DNA from: Patescibacteria group bacterium
GTDB taxonomy: Bacteria > Patescibacteriota > Microgenomatia > Levybacterales > UBA12049
Assembly: GCA_035510555.1 (NCBI GenBank)
Contig: DATKGX010000048.1
Coordinates: 12,148 to 76,147 of the forward strand
Direction: 5' to 3'
DNA length: 64,000 bases
Under the pieces are notes generated by a model. It saw only the letters and a program-made list of their open reading frames with translations, was not told where the DNA came from and ran no database searches. Below, piece after piece: positions 22,621 through 32,750 of the stretch; position 1 is the first letter of the stretch; the number at the start of each line of letters is the position of its first letter. The position numbers and the translations under genes were made by a program.

Positions 22621-23696
22621 CTAGTAAAAATTGAATCTAGTTTTTCGCAGAATCTGTCGGTTGAAAATTCTCCTGCTTTTTCTCGAGCGCTTTTTGCCAT
22701 TTTCTCAAGCATCACATTATCTTTAATTAGTTGCATGGTTTTATCTATCATCTCTTTTACATTATCAAATAAAAACCCGTCCCGGCCGTCCCGGACAATC
22801 TCCTTTTGCCCGCCGGCATTGATGACAACCGGAACAAGTCCATTAAGCATTGCTTCTACGGTGGTGATACCAAAATGCTCTGCTCTTTCGGGATGAATTG
22901 TTAAGTTTTCGGCAAAACCGGACGCGTGCCAATAAATTTTGCTTTGCGCATAAACTTCATTTAGCTTTTCGAGTGCGACATTAGCGAAGATTTTTATCGG
23001 GTAGCCTTTAATTTGCTTCTTCAAAGCCTCTAAAATCTCTTGGTCTTTTTCCAAAAAACTTACCACCAAAACTAGCTCCCAATTCTTGACACCGCTATCA
23101 ACAATTTCCTTAAAAACTTTAATTATAAAATCCTGCTTTTTAGATAGCCCACCGTCTGGAAAGGCTGAAAGTCTCCCAACGTTAAGAATTTGATTCTTTT
23201 TCTTTTTAGGATTTACTTTAGGAAAATCTTTTTTTAAATACGTCGGTGGATATAAAATTTCGCTGTCCGTATTAAATTTTTTATCAATAAAGGCTTTTGT
23301 AAAATATGAATTGCAAATAATTTTTGCAATTCTTAGCTCTTTTAGCTTACTTAATAAACTACTTTTATTAACCCATTCAATCGGAAACTGAAAATGAATA
23401 TATAATTTAGAGCCTAAAAGCGGCAAACTACCATCGCTTAAGAAAAAAATGGCGTCATACTTTTTACTTTCCAAATATCTTTTGTAGAGAGGCGTTTTGG
23501 CGGAGAAAATATTATTGGCTGTTTTTACTTTAGATAAATCAAGGTTAAATCTGGCGGCGCCCTTTTCCAAAACCCCATTTTGATCCCAAAAAACAGTTAC
23601 TTCATGCTTTTGCGATAAGTAGCAAGCGGCGGTCAGCATGTATTTTTCCCCGCCTCCGAGAGTATCAAGATAGGGATCAAATACTCCGATTCTCAT
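22617..23696 (-). CDS. GT4 glycosyltransferase
   Basis: TLGGGEKY, CNSYFT, NVGR..KKQ, EHFGITTVEAM..G..P. Confidence 0.88.
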   Translation of the reverse strand: MRIGVFDPYLDTLGGGEKYMLTAACYLSQKHEVTVFWDQNGVLEKGAARFNLDLSKVKTANNIFSAKTPLYKRYLESKKYDAIFFLSDGSLPLLGSKLYIHFQFPIEWVNKSSLLSKLKELRIAKIICNSYFTKAFIDKKFNTDSEILYPPTYLKKDFPKVNPKKKKNQILNVGRLSAFPDGGLSKKQDFIIKVFKEIVDSGVKNWELVLVVSFLEKDQEILEALKKQIKGYPIKIFANVALEKLNEVYAQSKIYWHASGFAENLTIHPERAEHFGITTVEAMLNGLVPVVINAGGQKEIVRDGRDGFLFDNVKEMIDKTMQLIKDNVMLEKMAKSAREKAGEFSTDRFCEKLDSIFTR

Positions 23697-23762
23697 ACTC
23701 CTATTCTAGCAAGTTTTTAGCTTAGTTGCATTTATAGATAAGAGAGCGCTATAATTTAAACG

Positions 23763-24032
23763 ATGAATTTATTTAATAACTTCGCCCAGAACCAAATATG
23801 GTTGTTTTTCGTTCTTTATCTTTGGTCATTACTCTGGAAAGGATTAGCCCTTTGGAGAGCAGCTCAGCTCAAACAAAGAAATTGGTTCGTAGGAATTTTG
23901 ATTTTAAATACGGTGGGGATTTTGGAGATTGTTTATCTTTTCTTCTTTGCTAAAAAGAAAATGACTTTAGGAGAGCTTAAGTTTTGGGCCGTAAAATTAA
24001 ATCCCTTTTCGAAATCACCGCAAGCAAAATAA
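23763..24032 (+). CDS. DUF5652-like small membrane protein
   Basis: WSLLWKGLALWRAA..Q.NWF....NTVGILEIVY pattern; TATAAT 7 nt upstream. Confidence 0.8.
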   Translation: MNLFNNFAQNQIWLFFVLYLWSLLWKGLALWRAAQLKQRNWFVGILILNTVGILEIVYLFFFAKKKMTLGELKFWAVKLNPFSKSPQAK

Positions 24033-26322
24033 TAGTTAATAATCCTAAGACTCCAGCTAAAACACCTACGTTAAAACTTAATGGGTTGTAAACGAATTCT
24101 ACTTGGTGTTTTCCACTTGGAACAAGAATTGCCCGGAAAGTAAAATCGGCACGGTAAATTTGCGTCTGATGTCCGTCCACAAAAGCTTGCCAACCGGGAT
24201 AATAAGTATCCGAAAGGAACAATAAATTGTTCCCACTGGAATTTGTGGTGATCAAGATTTTTCCCGAAGAATATTTATCGATTCTGGCTGTCCCCTGCCC
24301 GCTAAGATTGACCTTTGGATCCTGCTCTAAAACGAGTTCATTTCTTAAATCAAAGCTTGAACTAAACATCTTATTGAGAATTTTCTGCGGATTGCTTTCA
24401 ACGATATATTTACTCGCTAGAAATGCTCGGGGAAAAGCATTCTTATTTTCAAAAACTTGGTAGACACCGTCATTATAAATAGTCGAGAATGTCCCGGACG
24501 GATAGCTCCAGAAGGGAAAAGTCCAGGGCGCATGACCGTCCGCAACTTTATGCACAATATATTTTACTCCCAATAAATTAATTGCCTGTTTCGCGTAAAA
24601 ACTATCTTTAGGAAAAGCAACAACAGAACGACCCGACTCAATCAGTATTCCTTTATCTAGCGATGCTATAAATTCTCCGTATCTTTTTACGTAAACCGCA
24701 TCATACCCATCGAGCGCAGGCAGACAATAGTAAATTGTTCCCTCGCCTCCCATATTACTAACGATTCTTTCAAACCCCGAAATTTTATTTAGCTCTTTTG
24801 TAATTGGAAGTTGTGGATACATTAAATTCCTTGGGTCAAACGGCATCCATTTAGCGGAAAATCTCAACAAATCAAAAGAGACAACCAAGATTAACGCTAG
24901 CGGTAAAAGCTTAATTAGGAATTCTTTTTTAAGATGCACCGTTAATAAAGAAAATGTCGTTAAGACCCAGAGAGCGAAGAAAATAATTGTTGGCAGTATT
25001 AAATTTTGTTTAGCAATCGTTATTTTGTCCAGAGGAATCAGTAATTTTAAAAATACTACCGCCCAAAGTGCCACGAAAATTATCGTAAAAAGAGTTAGTA
25101 GTAAATAGATGGGTTTGATATTTTTCTGTCTGATGTCTTTAATTAATCTATCGAGCCCATAACCGGCTAAAACACAAGCCGAAAAACTAAATAAAACAAT
25201 TATTCTACTTAAAGCGCTGGTTGAAAGAACCGGAACTTTAAGGAAAACCAATAAATCAAGTAGCGGAGTTTGAAAAGAGAAAAGAATTGCCAATAACCCC
25301 ATCAAGCCAAAGAACAAAATCTCCTTTTTTCTGACTTTAAAAATCGCGTAAAATCCCAAAATCAAAGGCACAACTCCAATATAAGCATTCCATTCCGCGT
25401 AATGGCCAAACCAATCGTTTCTCGTCACTGGATTGCCTAAATAGTCGGGGACTAAAAAGGTTGATAAATATCCCCAGGGAATAACTTCACCTTTGGCAAA
25501 AATTCCGCTTCTTAAAGATTGCATGTATGCTTCAACCGATGGAAAAAGTTGGGGCAGTGAAAGTAAAAAGCCTAGAAAAGTATAAAGTATGACATAAAAA
25601 GCGTTACGGGTATTTCTTGTTTGAAAAAATTTGAAGATTATATACGCTGCGACAAACAGAAAAAAGTAAATACTGATTTGGAAATGTCCGCTGAAAAAAG
25701 ACAGCGGTAAAGAAAGAGCAAGCAAAATTAAAAACCGATTTTTTTGTGTCTGATAGAATTTCTCAATCGCAAACAAAGTCAGTGGTAAAAAAAGAATTGC
25801 ATATCCTAGCGTTGCATAAGCCATCCAAGTCGTGATAAAACCGCAGAACATAAAACCCAAAGAGCCGATAAGTGAGCCTTCATTGCTGATCTTTAGAGAT
25901 TTGAGAAAAGCGAACATAAATAATCCTGCTAGCAATGGCTGTAATAATACCAATAAGCTCCAAGTATCAATAAATGGCAGAATAAAGAAGATTAAATTAA
26001 AAGGCGATAAAACAGCCGACTGGTAATTTGCGAGTTGTGGTGTTCCGGAAAAACTGTAAGGATTCCAAAGGGGGAGTTGCCAATTCTTCAAAGTTTCTAT
26101 CGTTAAAGTTTTCCAAGGATAGATTTGTGTGATGATATCCGGCATCGCATTATTTTTAATCGGCGACGCAAATCCGGGATACGCATTCCAGGGAGAAAAA
26201 AAGTTTACCAAATAGGTTGATGAAAAAGGAACTTTATGCTGGATAAAATATGGGGAGGAAAAAATAAACCAGACAGCAATGATTAGTAGAACTGGCCAAA
26301 ATCGTTTGAGTAATTTTATCAT
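23977..26322 (-). CDS. YfhO-family GT-C membrane protein
   Basis: PLWNPYSFSGTP.LANYQS, SGHFQ, PDYLGNP, LDGYD, SDTYYPGW. Confidence 0.82.
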   Translation of the reverse strand: MIKLLKRFWPVLLIIAVWFIFSSPYFIQHKVPFSSTYLVNFFSPWNAYPGFASPIKNNAMPDIITQIYPWKTLTIETLKNWQLPLWNPYSFSGTPQLANYQSAVLSPFNLIFFILPFIDTWSLLVLLQPLLAGLFMFAFLKSLKISNEGSLIGSLGFMFCGFITTWMAYATLGYAILFLPLTLFAIEKFYQTQKNRFLILLALSLPLSFFSGHFQISIYFFLFVAAYIIFKFFQTRNTRNAFYVILYTFLGFLLSLPQLFPSVEAYMQSLRSGIFAKGEVIPWGYLSTFLVPDYLGNPVTRNDWFGHYAEWNAYIGVVPLILGFYAIFKVRKKEILFFGLMGLLAILFSFQTPLLDLLVFLKVPVLSTSALSRIIVLFSFSACVLAGYGLDRLIKDIRQKNIKPIYLLLTLFTIIFVALWAVVFLKLLIPLDKITIAKQNLILPTIIFFALWVLTTFSLLTVHLKKEFLIKLLPLALILVVSFDLLRFSAKWMPFDPRNLMYPQLPITKELNKISGFERIVSNMGGEGTIYYCLPALDGYDAVYVKRYGEFIASLDKGILIESGRSVVAFPKDSFYAKQAINLLGVKYIVHKVADGHAPWTFPFWSYPSGTFSTIYNDGVYQVFENKNAFPRAFLASKYIVESNPQKILNKMFSSSFDLRNELVLEQDPKVNLSGQGTARIDKYSSGKILITTNSSGNNLLFLSDTYYPGWQAFVDGHQTQIYRADFTFRAILVPSGKHQVEFVYNPLSFNVGVLAGVLGLLTIILLAVISKRDLILRPKT

Positions 26323-27080
26323 GACTTTTTATTTTTGGCTTGGTTTTGTAATTCCCATAACTTTGCGTACGTCACAAACATACTAAACGACTGGTACATA
26401 CTTTCTACGATTCCCGTTGCCCCCGCCTTGTATCCTCCTTGTCTAATGTATGAATCAAAGAATGTCGTCAGCATTACTCTTGGAAATCTCCACCACGTCA
26501 TTTGCGGATGTCCACTGTTATACCGAAGCAGTGCCTCCTGCGTTGACCATTCAATGGTTTTACTTAGCATACTTTCCAAATCACGGTGCGTAAAATGTAA
26601 AATAAATCCTTCGTTGATTTTCCCAATTTCACCATCCACAATCGGACTTTCGTGCAGCTTCCCTTTCCATCCTTTTAACTTTTCTTTTTTAAACAACCTT
26701 TCCAATTTTTCAATTTTAGGCCACTGGCACTTGCCAAAATAAAAATTCTTTCTCCTTAAAAAATACGCCGCATATTTGGTTTCATCCGTAATAATTTTCT
26801 TGATTGAACTCTTGAGTTCATCATCTATTCTTTCATCCGCATCAAGATACAGTACCCAATCGTTTTCCGCTTTACTCAAGCCAAAATTCCTAAGTTCCGA
26901 AAAATCATTGGTTTTTATTTCATAAACTTTAGCCTTTTTTTCTTCGGAAATCTGTTTAGTTTTATCGGTTGAACCATTATCAATCACAATAATTTCGTCG
27001 CAAAACCCTAAGCTTTCTAAAGCCTCTCTGATCATCTTCTCTTCATCTCTTGCAATGATGATAGCCGAAATTTTATTCAT
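26319..27080 (-). CDS. GT2 glycosyltransferase (beta-1,4-glucosyltransferase-like)
   Basis: IDNGSTDKT, FSELRN, WVLYLDADER, LHE. Confidence 0.88.
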   Translation of the reverse strand: MNKISAIIIARDEEKMIREALESLGFCDEIIVIDNGSTDKTKQISEEKKAKVYEIKTNDFSELRNFGLSKAENDWVLYLDADERIDDELKSSIKKIITDETKYAAYFLRRKNFYFGKCQWPKIEKLERLFKKEKLKGWKGKLHESPIVDGEIGKINEGFILHFTHRDLESMLSKTIEWSTQEALLRYNSGHPQMTWWRFPRVMLTTFFDSYIRQGGYKAGATGIVESMYQSFSMFVTYAKLWELQNQAKNKKS

Positions 27081-27987
27081 GATAACTTCCTTTCCTAAAT
27101 CTTCGAAGATAAAAATCCAAAACGCCTTTTTTTTGCCAAGACCTACCTGTTAACATAATTCTGAAACTTTCTTTAATCAGCGCAATCTTTGTTCTAAGAG
27201 ATGAGTAACCGAAGCCGAACAATAATCTGTTTCGGGTTATATAATAGTCGTGAAGTGATGAACCGGAACCGCCTGTAGACCCAGCATTTAAATGCCACAA
27301 TATACCTTTCGGTTGATAAAAAACTTTGAAGCCCATTTTTTTTGCCCGTTGGCTCAAATCATTATCTTCATAATAAAGAAAATATCTTTCGTCAAACAAA
27401 CCGACCTTTTCCAGAACATCCCGCTTGATCATTTCACAACAGCCGCTGGCAAAATCCGTCTGCTCGACTTTTTCATATTGTCCTTTATCAACTTCGTCAA
27501 CTCCACGATGCGAAGCGAGTATATTTCCCCAATCCATTTTACCTCCGGCATACCAAATCACTTTTCCCAACTCTGATTCTAGATATCTGTCTTTATGAAA
27601 CTCGTGGCCCTTGGAAAAATAGATTTTCGGAGAAACTATTCCGCAGTCTTTTTCTTCTTGAAAAGTCTTGAGCAGTTCGCTAATTAAATTCTTGTCAAGA
27701 ATGACGTCATTATTCAAAACAACGACATAATCCGCGCCGTTTTCTAAAGCATGCTTAATTCCCAAATTCTGTCCGCCGGCAAATCCCAGATTCTTCTCGC
27801 TTCTGATTATTTTTAAAATGAACTTCTGATATTTTTTATTCTCAGCAAACTTTTCCTTCGAAGCATTATCAACAACAACCACACTTAGATCAAAATCTTC
27901 TTTATTTATTGCTTCCAAACTTTGAAGACATTCGTGAGTATCTTTATTGCCATTGAAATTTAGGATTGTGACAAAAATTTTCGCCAT
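27073..27987 (-). CDS. GT2 glycosyltransferase (rhamnosyltransferase-like)
   Basis: Start moved from 28077 to ATG 27987 (MAKIFVTILNFNG); NLGFAGG.N, LNND, GLFDERYFLYYED. Confidence 0.88.
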   Translation of the reverse strand: MAKIFVTILNFNGNKDTHECLQSLEAINKEDFDLSVVVVDNASKEKFAENKKYQKFILKIIRSEKNLGFAGGQNLGIKHALENGADYVVVLNNDVILDKNLISELLKTFQEEKDCGIVSPKIYFSKGHEFHKDRYLESELGKVIWYAGGKMDWGNILASHRGVDEVDKGQYEKVEQTDFASGCCEMIKRDVLEKVGLFDERYFLYYEDNDLSQRAKKMGFKVFYQPKGILWHLNAGSTGGSGSSLHDYYITRNRLLFGFGYSSLRTKIALIKESFRIMLTGRSWQKKGVLDFYLRRFRKGSYHE

Positions 27988-27989
27988 AT

Positions 27990-28907
27990 TTATATTCCGC
28001 GGAGTTTGTTGGAAACTCTTTGCAGGTGCCGTTGAATTGGATTTTTGATGCTTTCTAATTTCTCCTTTGAAATCCAATATAGAACTTCCCGTCCGCCTCT
28101 CTGGAATTCCTTTTCGGTATCTTTAAGAAAATCCTCTTTGTCATACTCCTTGAATCCTTGTTTTTCCCAAAGATAAGCAAAAATTAAGAAATGATAGAAC
28201 GCCATTAAAAGCGACAGCATCAACCCATAGAAGCCATCCTTATAGCCTTTTCTGGCGAAAAACCGGCTGATAAACTCGTTTAAGGGAAATCTGACGGCAT
28301 CAAAAGCAGAAAACTGATAACCTTTATCTAAATAATCTTGAGCTTCATTCGGCGCATAAATATCAACGGTTCTTCTGATAAATTGCGTAATCGTTTCGTA
28401 ATGATGGTGAATTATGAACTCCTTTAGATAAACTGACTCGCCTTCTAATTTTAGCGCCTCGTGAACATGCGCTTTGACATATTTTCCTTTACCCTTTTTA
28501 AATAGTCTTAATTGCGGATCCGGATACCAACCGGTGTGTTCAATGAATTTACCAAAGATGATATTTTTTCTGGGAATCCAGTACCCATTAATTTCTGCTT
28601 TTTGATTTTTGATTTTTGATTTTATTTCTTCCGCCAATTCTTTGGAAACATCTTCGTCCGCATCAATGCTTAAGATCCAATCGCCGGTGGCCTTTTCAAA
28701 GCCGAAGTTCTTTTGTAAGTCTATTTCTGCCGGATTATTTTTTTGCGAGAAAACTTTAGCGGTGTATTTTTTAGCAATTTCTGCGGTTTTATCGGTTGAA
28801 CTATTATCAACCACTATTATTTCGTCGGCAAAAGCTAAAGATTTAAGACATTGCTCAATATTTTTTTCTTCGTTGTAAGCCGAAATTACGGCTGAAACTT
28901 TACTCAT
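27990..28907 (-). CDS. GT2 glycosyltransferase (beta-1,4-glucosyltransferase-like)
   Basis: AYNEE, VDNSSTDKT, WILSIDADE, GWYPD.QLRLF, VHE. Confidence 0.88.
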   Translation of the reverse strand: MSKVSAVISAYNEEKNIEQCLKSLAFADEIIVVDNSSTDKTAEIAKKYTAKVFSQKNNPAEIDLQKNFGFEKATGDWILSIDADEDVSKELAEEIKSKIKNQKAEINGYWIPRKNIIFGKFIEHTGWYPDPQLRLFKKGKGKYVKAHVHEALKLEGESVYLKEFIIHHHYETITQFIRRTVDIYAPNEAQDYLDKGYQFSAFDAVRFPLNEFISRFFARKGYKDGFYGLMLSLLMAFYHFLIFAYLWEKQGFKEYDKEDFLKDTEKEFQRGGREVLYWISKEKLESIKNPIQRHLQRVSNKLRGI

Positions 28908-28908
28908 T

Positions 28909-30363
28909 TTATCTTCGTAAGTGACTTATGACTAATCTTGCGTCCGCCAAAACTTCATTCCGTGCGAAAAGAAAGATACATAAAAAGTATAGCACTGCGC
29001 CCAGCAAAATCATAAAAATAAGCGAGATTAAGCTTCTGACCAGAATCGGGCTTAGGAAGTAAATTACAATACCCATTATCGCAGCTGCTAAGAATGGATA
29101 CATTGTAGCCGCAAAAACATTGAATTTAACATATTTTTTCGCAAGATAAACTACCAATACTACCGAGCAAGCAATTAAAGCCGATGCCGCCGCAACACCG
29201 TTAAAGCCCATCGTGACTATGAGAATAGGGGTTAAAACCCAGGTCGCAATTGTCCAACCAACCATTAGATACAAAGAGATTTTTATTTTTCCGATGGCGT
29301 TAAGAGCATTGGTTAAAGGCGTTGATATCGAAGACAAGGCGGCGCCAATTGCAAAAAGAGCTAAGGATAAAAGCGCCGGCTCCCATTTAAGATATTTTGG
29401 AATTAAATGGATAAAATATGGTGAAAGCGTGACAAGTCCGACTAAAGCCGGAAAAATCAAAAAACAGGCCGCAAAAATTGATTTTTCAATTGCTCTTTCT
29501 AAAACTTCTTTTTCGTTTTGCAATCTCGAAAAGGAAGGAAAAGTAATCCTAATCACGTTATCCATAATTAGCCTTAAAGGCGCAAACGCCCATTTCTGCG
29601 CAAAACCGATATAACCAACTTGAGCAAGCGGTAAAGCTTTTCCTAGGTAGGCAATAAATAAATCATCTTTGATTAGAGCTAGAAAACTATTTAGCTGAAA
29701 CGGAATTCCGAAAGACAGAAGTTTTCGCGCCGATTCTTTTGAAAATCCAAATCCAATTTTCCAAGGGCTAATTATATAAATTGCAATTACGCCGGAGATT
29801 CCCCTAGCCAGAACCGCGTAGGTAAAGCTATAAACACCAAAACCTTTGATGGCTAAAATGACAACCACAATGCTAAAGAAAAAAGTTTCGACGATTTGCG
29901 GAATTACCAACTTCTCAAAACGTAAATCTCTTTCGAGAATTATTGACGGAATTGTTTTTAGAGACGATAGGAAGAAGGCAATTGCTAAAGCTTGAAATAA
30001 ATAGATTCCTTCCTGCTCCAGATGGTAAAAATTAGCGATTGGTCGAGCTAAGAAGAGAGCGATTAAGACGACTGAAACAACCAAGATTTGCTGTAGAGTA
30101 AAAGTTGTTTTTAAATCTTCCCGGGTAATCGCTTCTTTTTTCTGGATTAACGCGGCCGCCAAACCAATATCCGAAAAATAGGAGAGGAAAGCAATTGCGG
30201 CCGAAACGACAAAATAAACACCAAAAATTGCCGGCGACAAAAAAATCGTCAGCAAAAAATTAGCTAAAAAACTGACTATTTGAATAACAAAAGTTCTCGA
30301 CGTCAAAGCAAAGACGCCCCGAATGGAACGTTTAGTGATTACTGCGATATCAACTTCTTCCAT
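28909..30363 (-). CDS. wzx: Wzx/MOP-family oligosaccharide flippase
   Basis: SIRGVF..L.P..FG, SDIGLAAALIQKK, 12-14 TM helices, ITFPSFSRLQ. Confidence 0.85.
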   Translation of the reverse strand: MEEVDIAVITKRSIRGVFALTSRTFVIQIVSFLANFLLTIFLSPAIFGVYFVVSAAIAFLSYFSDIGLAAALIQKKEAITREDLKTTFTLQQILVVSVVLIALFLARPIANFYHLEQEGIYLFQALAIAFFLSSLKTIPSIILERDLRFEKLVIPQIVETFFFSIVVVILAIKGFGVYSFTYAVLARGISGVIAIYIISPWKIGFGFSKESARKLLSFGIPFQLNSFLALIKDDLFIAYLGKALPLAQVGYIGFAQKWAFAPLRLIMDNVIRITFPSFSRLQNEKEVLERAIEKSIFAACFLIFPALVGLVTLSPYFIHLIPKYLKWEPALLSLALFAIGAALSSISTPLTNALNAIGKIKISLYLMVGWTIATWVLTPILIVTMGFNGVAAASALIACSVVLVVYLAKKYVKFNVFAATMYPFLAAAIMGIVIYFLSPILVRSLISLIFMILLGAVLYFLCIFLFARNEVLADARLVISHLRR

Positions 30364-31066
30364 AATTAAAACTTAAATCTTTCCAAAGCGACAAACTTTC
30401 TCTTACAGCTCTTACAATTACTCTTAAATTCCCTCCGCTTTGATCCCCATAAATCCGCGGATAATGGTTTACTTCTACTTGTATGATTTTTAAATGCGCT
30501 TTTTTTGCTTTGGCTAGAATTTCGGTTGTTATCATCGCGCCCTCTGACTGAAAAGGCAGGATTTTATTTAAAGCGTCTTTTTTAAAAAGCTTAAAACCAC
30601 AATCGATATCTTTGAAGTGAAAGTTGAAAAGTAAAAAATCCCACACTTTTAGCATATTCATTAAAATATGCCGAAAAGGATTATCCAGTCTCTTTTTTCG
30701 ATAGCCTATGACCATATCTGCGTTTTCAATTCTTTCCAAAAACTTTGTTACTTCCGAAAAATCAAATTGCCCATCGCCGTCACTAAAAACGACCAAGTCA
30801 TATTTTGCTTTGGCAAAACCTGTTTTAAGCGCTGCTCCGTATCCCCTATTTTTCTCGTGAGAAACAACGCTTAAGTTTGGATTTTGTTTGGCTAAATTTT
30901 GAGCAATTTCTAAAGTTTTATCTGACGAACCATCGTCAACCATTATAATTTCCCATTTATTGACGACTTTTTGCAGCACGGGAATTGCTTTTTTAATCAC
31001 CGCTTCGATATTATCCTGCTCATTCCAAAATGGGAAAAAAACTGATAGCTCTGAAACTTTATGCAT
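30350..31066 (-). CDS. GT2 polyprenol-phosphate glycosyltransferase-like
   Basis: VDDGSSD, NRGYGAALKTG, DGDGQF, KDIDCGFKLF. Confidence 0.88.
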   Translation of the reverse strand: MHKVSELSVFFPFWNEQDNIEAVIKKAIPVLQKVVNKWEIIMVDDGSSDKTLEIAQNLAKQNPNLSVVSHEKNRGYGAALKTGFAKAKYDLVVFSDGDGQFDFSEVTKFLERIENADMVIGYRKKRLDNPFRHILMNMLKVWDFLLFNFHFKDIDCGFKLFKKDALNKILPFQSEGAMITTEILAKAKKAHLKIIQVEVNHYPRIYGDQSGGNLRVIVRAVRESLSLWKDLSFNYGRS

Positions 31067-32750
31067 ATTTTTTGTTTAGCTGAATTATACCAGCAAAAAG
31101 AGCCAAGACACCAGCCAGAGAAATGAGATCGGCCAATAACTCCACCTGGGTTTGTTTGAATACTAATTTCAGATCGTGCTGCCCCTTGGGGAAATTGATC
31201 TCTGTACCCTTACTATTATTATAAAGAGGAATTTCACTGTTATCCACGTAAGCATGCCATGCTGGGAAATAAGCTAAAGGAACTGTGATATTTCCTGTTT
31301 TCGCTGCATTTATGGTTAGGTTTATTGATTGAGTTTTTTTGTTAACGCTAACTAACTTGTTATTGTTTGAGTTAAGATTTGCAAAATTGGCAAGACCGTT
31401 TTGGGTTTGCGGACGCTTAAAATCTTTTGGCAAATATTCATCGGAAATTTTTGATGTCCTCCACTGTAGCGCATAAGCATTAGTGTAATACTGTGAATCT
31501 ACCTGTAAATACTTTTCCGGAACAAAAAACTTCATACTTACTAAAACTAGGAAACCTGACAGCAAGATCAATAATGATATTGTGACTATTTTCTTTTTGA
31601 CTAAATTTTCCATCACCCAAAATAACGCACCGGAAATAAATGAGGCAAAAAATACTATCAACAGTAAAAATCTCCATGGATATTGGAGAAAGGCCATCGG
31701 ACGCAGCAATTCCCACACCGGCTGGGAAATCTGAAGCGTAAAGAAAATAGAAATCAGAAAGCCTAAGAAAGCCAGAACCAAAATTATTAATTTTTCTCTG
31801 GAAAAACTGTTGAAATATCTTCTTAAGAACAAGGCAAGAAGTGCAAAAACAGATAGGAATGACGCTAGGAGGATATGATATTTCCCGATCATAAACGATA
31901 AGCCATCGACGCAACCCTTAGTTGAACCACCATATCCCCACGGACTGGTCCAAAGCTGGCTAAGGCAAACAAAGTGATCACGAAAATTTGAACCGCCACC
32001 GATAAGTGAACTAACATTCGTATATTGCATCTCCAAAATCGCCGGCAGCCAGTAGAAAGCAGACAGCAAGACTGCGATGATGAAAGCAGACAAAAGATAA
32101 GAAATAACTCTCCTATTTCTTGCTTTAAGAGTTAAATAGAGTACAAATAATACGAGAAATGGTGAAACCATCAGCGCGGTTAAATTATGAGAAATAACTA
32201 TGAAAGCAAATGAGATTGCAGAAAGAATAACGTAGCGCCATCTTTCTTCTTTACAAATCTTCCAAAGCCCTAAAAATACCAATGGAACAAAAGCATATGC
32301 CCAAAACTCGGCTACGTCTCCCCTAACGTAAATGTCTAAAGCGTGATACGGGGCATACATGTAAAATAGCGCAGAGAGAATTCCTCCCGATTTACCCCAG
32401 AACTCCTTAGCCAAGAAATACATCGAGACGCCGGCCGATATCACTCCAAGCGCCATCATTATTTTTGTCGCTAGCAGCGCATTGAACCCGACAATTTCGA
32501 TGATACCACCGATATAGTATGGTAAAGGGTCATAAAAATTAAAAATCGGGTAACCAAAGCCATAACCTAAATCAGTACTCCACCTCACCGGCAACATTGT
32601 GTCGCTTAGGCCCTTAGCCATTTCATAAACCCTAGCCACTTGAGTATCATCATGAATTGGGAAAAAACCAGAACGCAGGAACGGCAAAATAGTAAAGACA
32701 GAAAAAATTAGAACAAAAACAATCGGTAATAAGTTTTTAAGAATTTTCAT
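31059..32750 (-). CDS. PTPS-related polytopic membrane protein, putative GT-C glycosyltransferase
   Basis: IHDDTQVAR, PVRWSTDLGYGFGYPIFNFY, VRGDVAE, LQYPWRF, YFPAW. Confidence 0.75.
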   Translation of the reverse strand: MKILKNLLPIVFVLIFSVFTILPFLRSGFFPIHDDTQVARVYEMAKGLSDTMLPVRWSTDLGYGFGYPIFNFYDPLPYYIGGIIEIVGFNALLATKIMMALGVISAGVSMYFLAKEFWGKSGGILSALFYMYAPYHALDIYVRGDVAEFWAYAFVPLVFLGLWKICKEERWRYVILSAISFAFIVISHNLTALMVSPFLVLFVLYLTLKARNRRVISYLLSAFIIAVLLSAFYWLPAILEMQYTNVSSLIGGGSNFRDHFVCLSQLWTSPWGYGGSTKGCVDGLSFMIGKYHILLASFLSVFALLALFLRRYFNSFSREKLIILVLAFLGFLISIFFTLQISQPVWELLRPMAFLQYPWRFLLLIVFFASFISGALFWVMENLVKKKIVTISLLILLSGFLVLVSMKFFVPEKYLQVDSQYYTNAYALQWRTSKISDEYLPKDFKRPQTQNGLANFANLNSNNNKLVSVNKKTQSINLTINAAKTGNITVPLAYFPAWHAYVDNSEIPLYNNSKGTEINFPKGQHDLKLVFKQTQVELLADLISLAGVLALFAGIIQLNKKYA

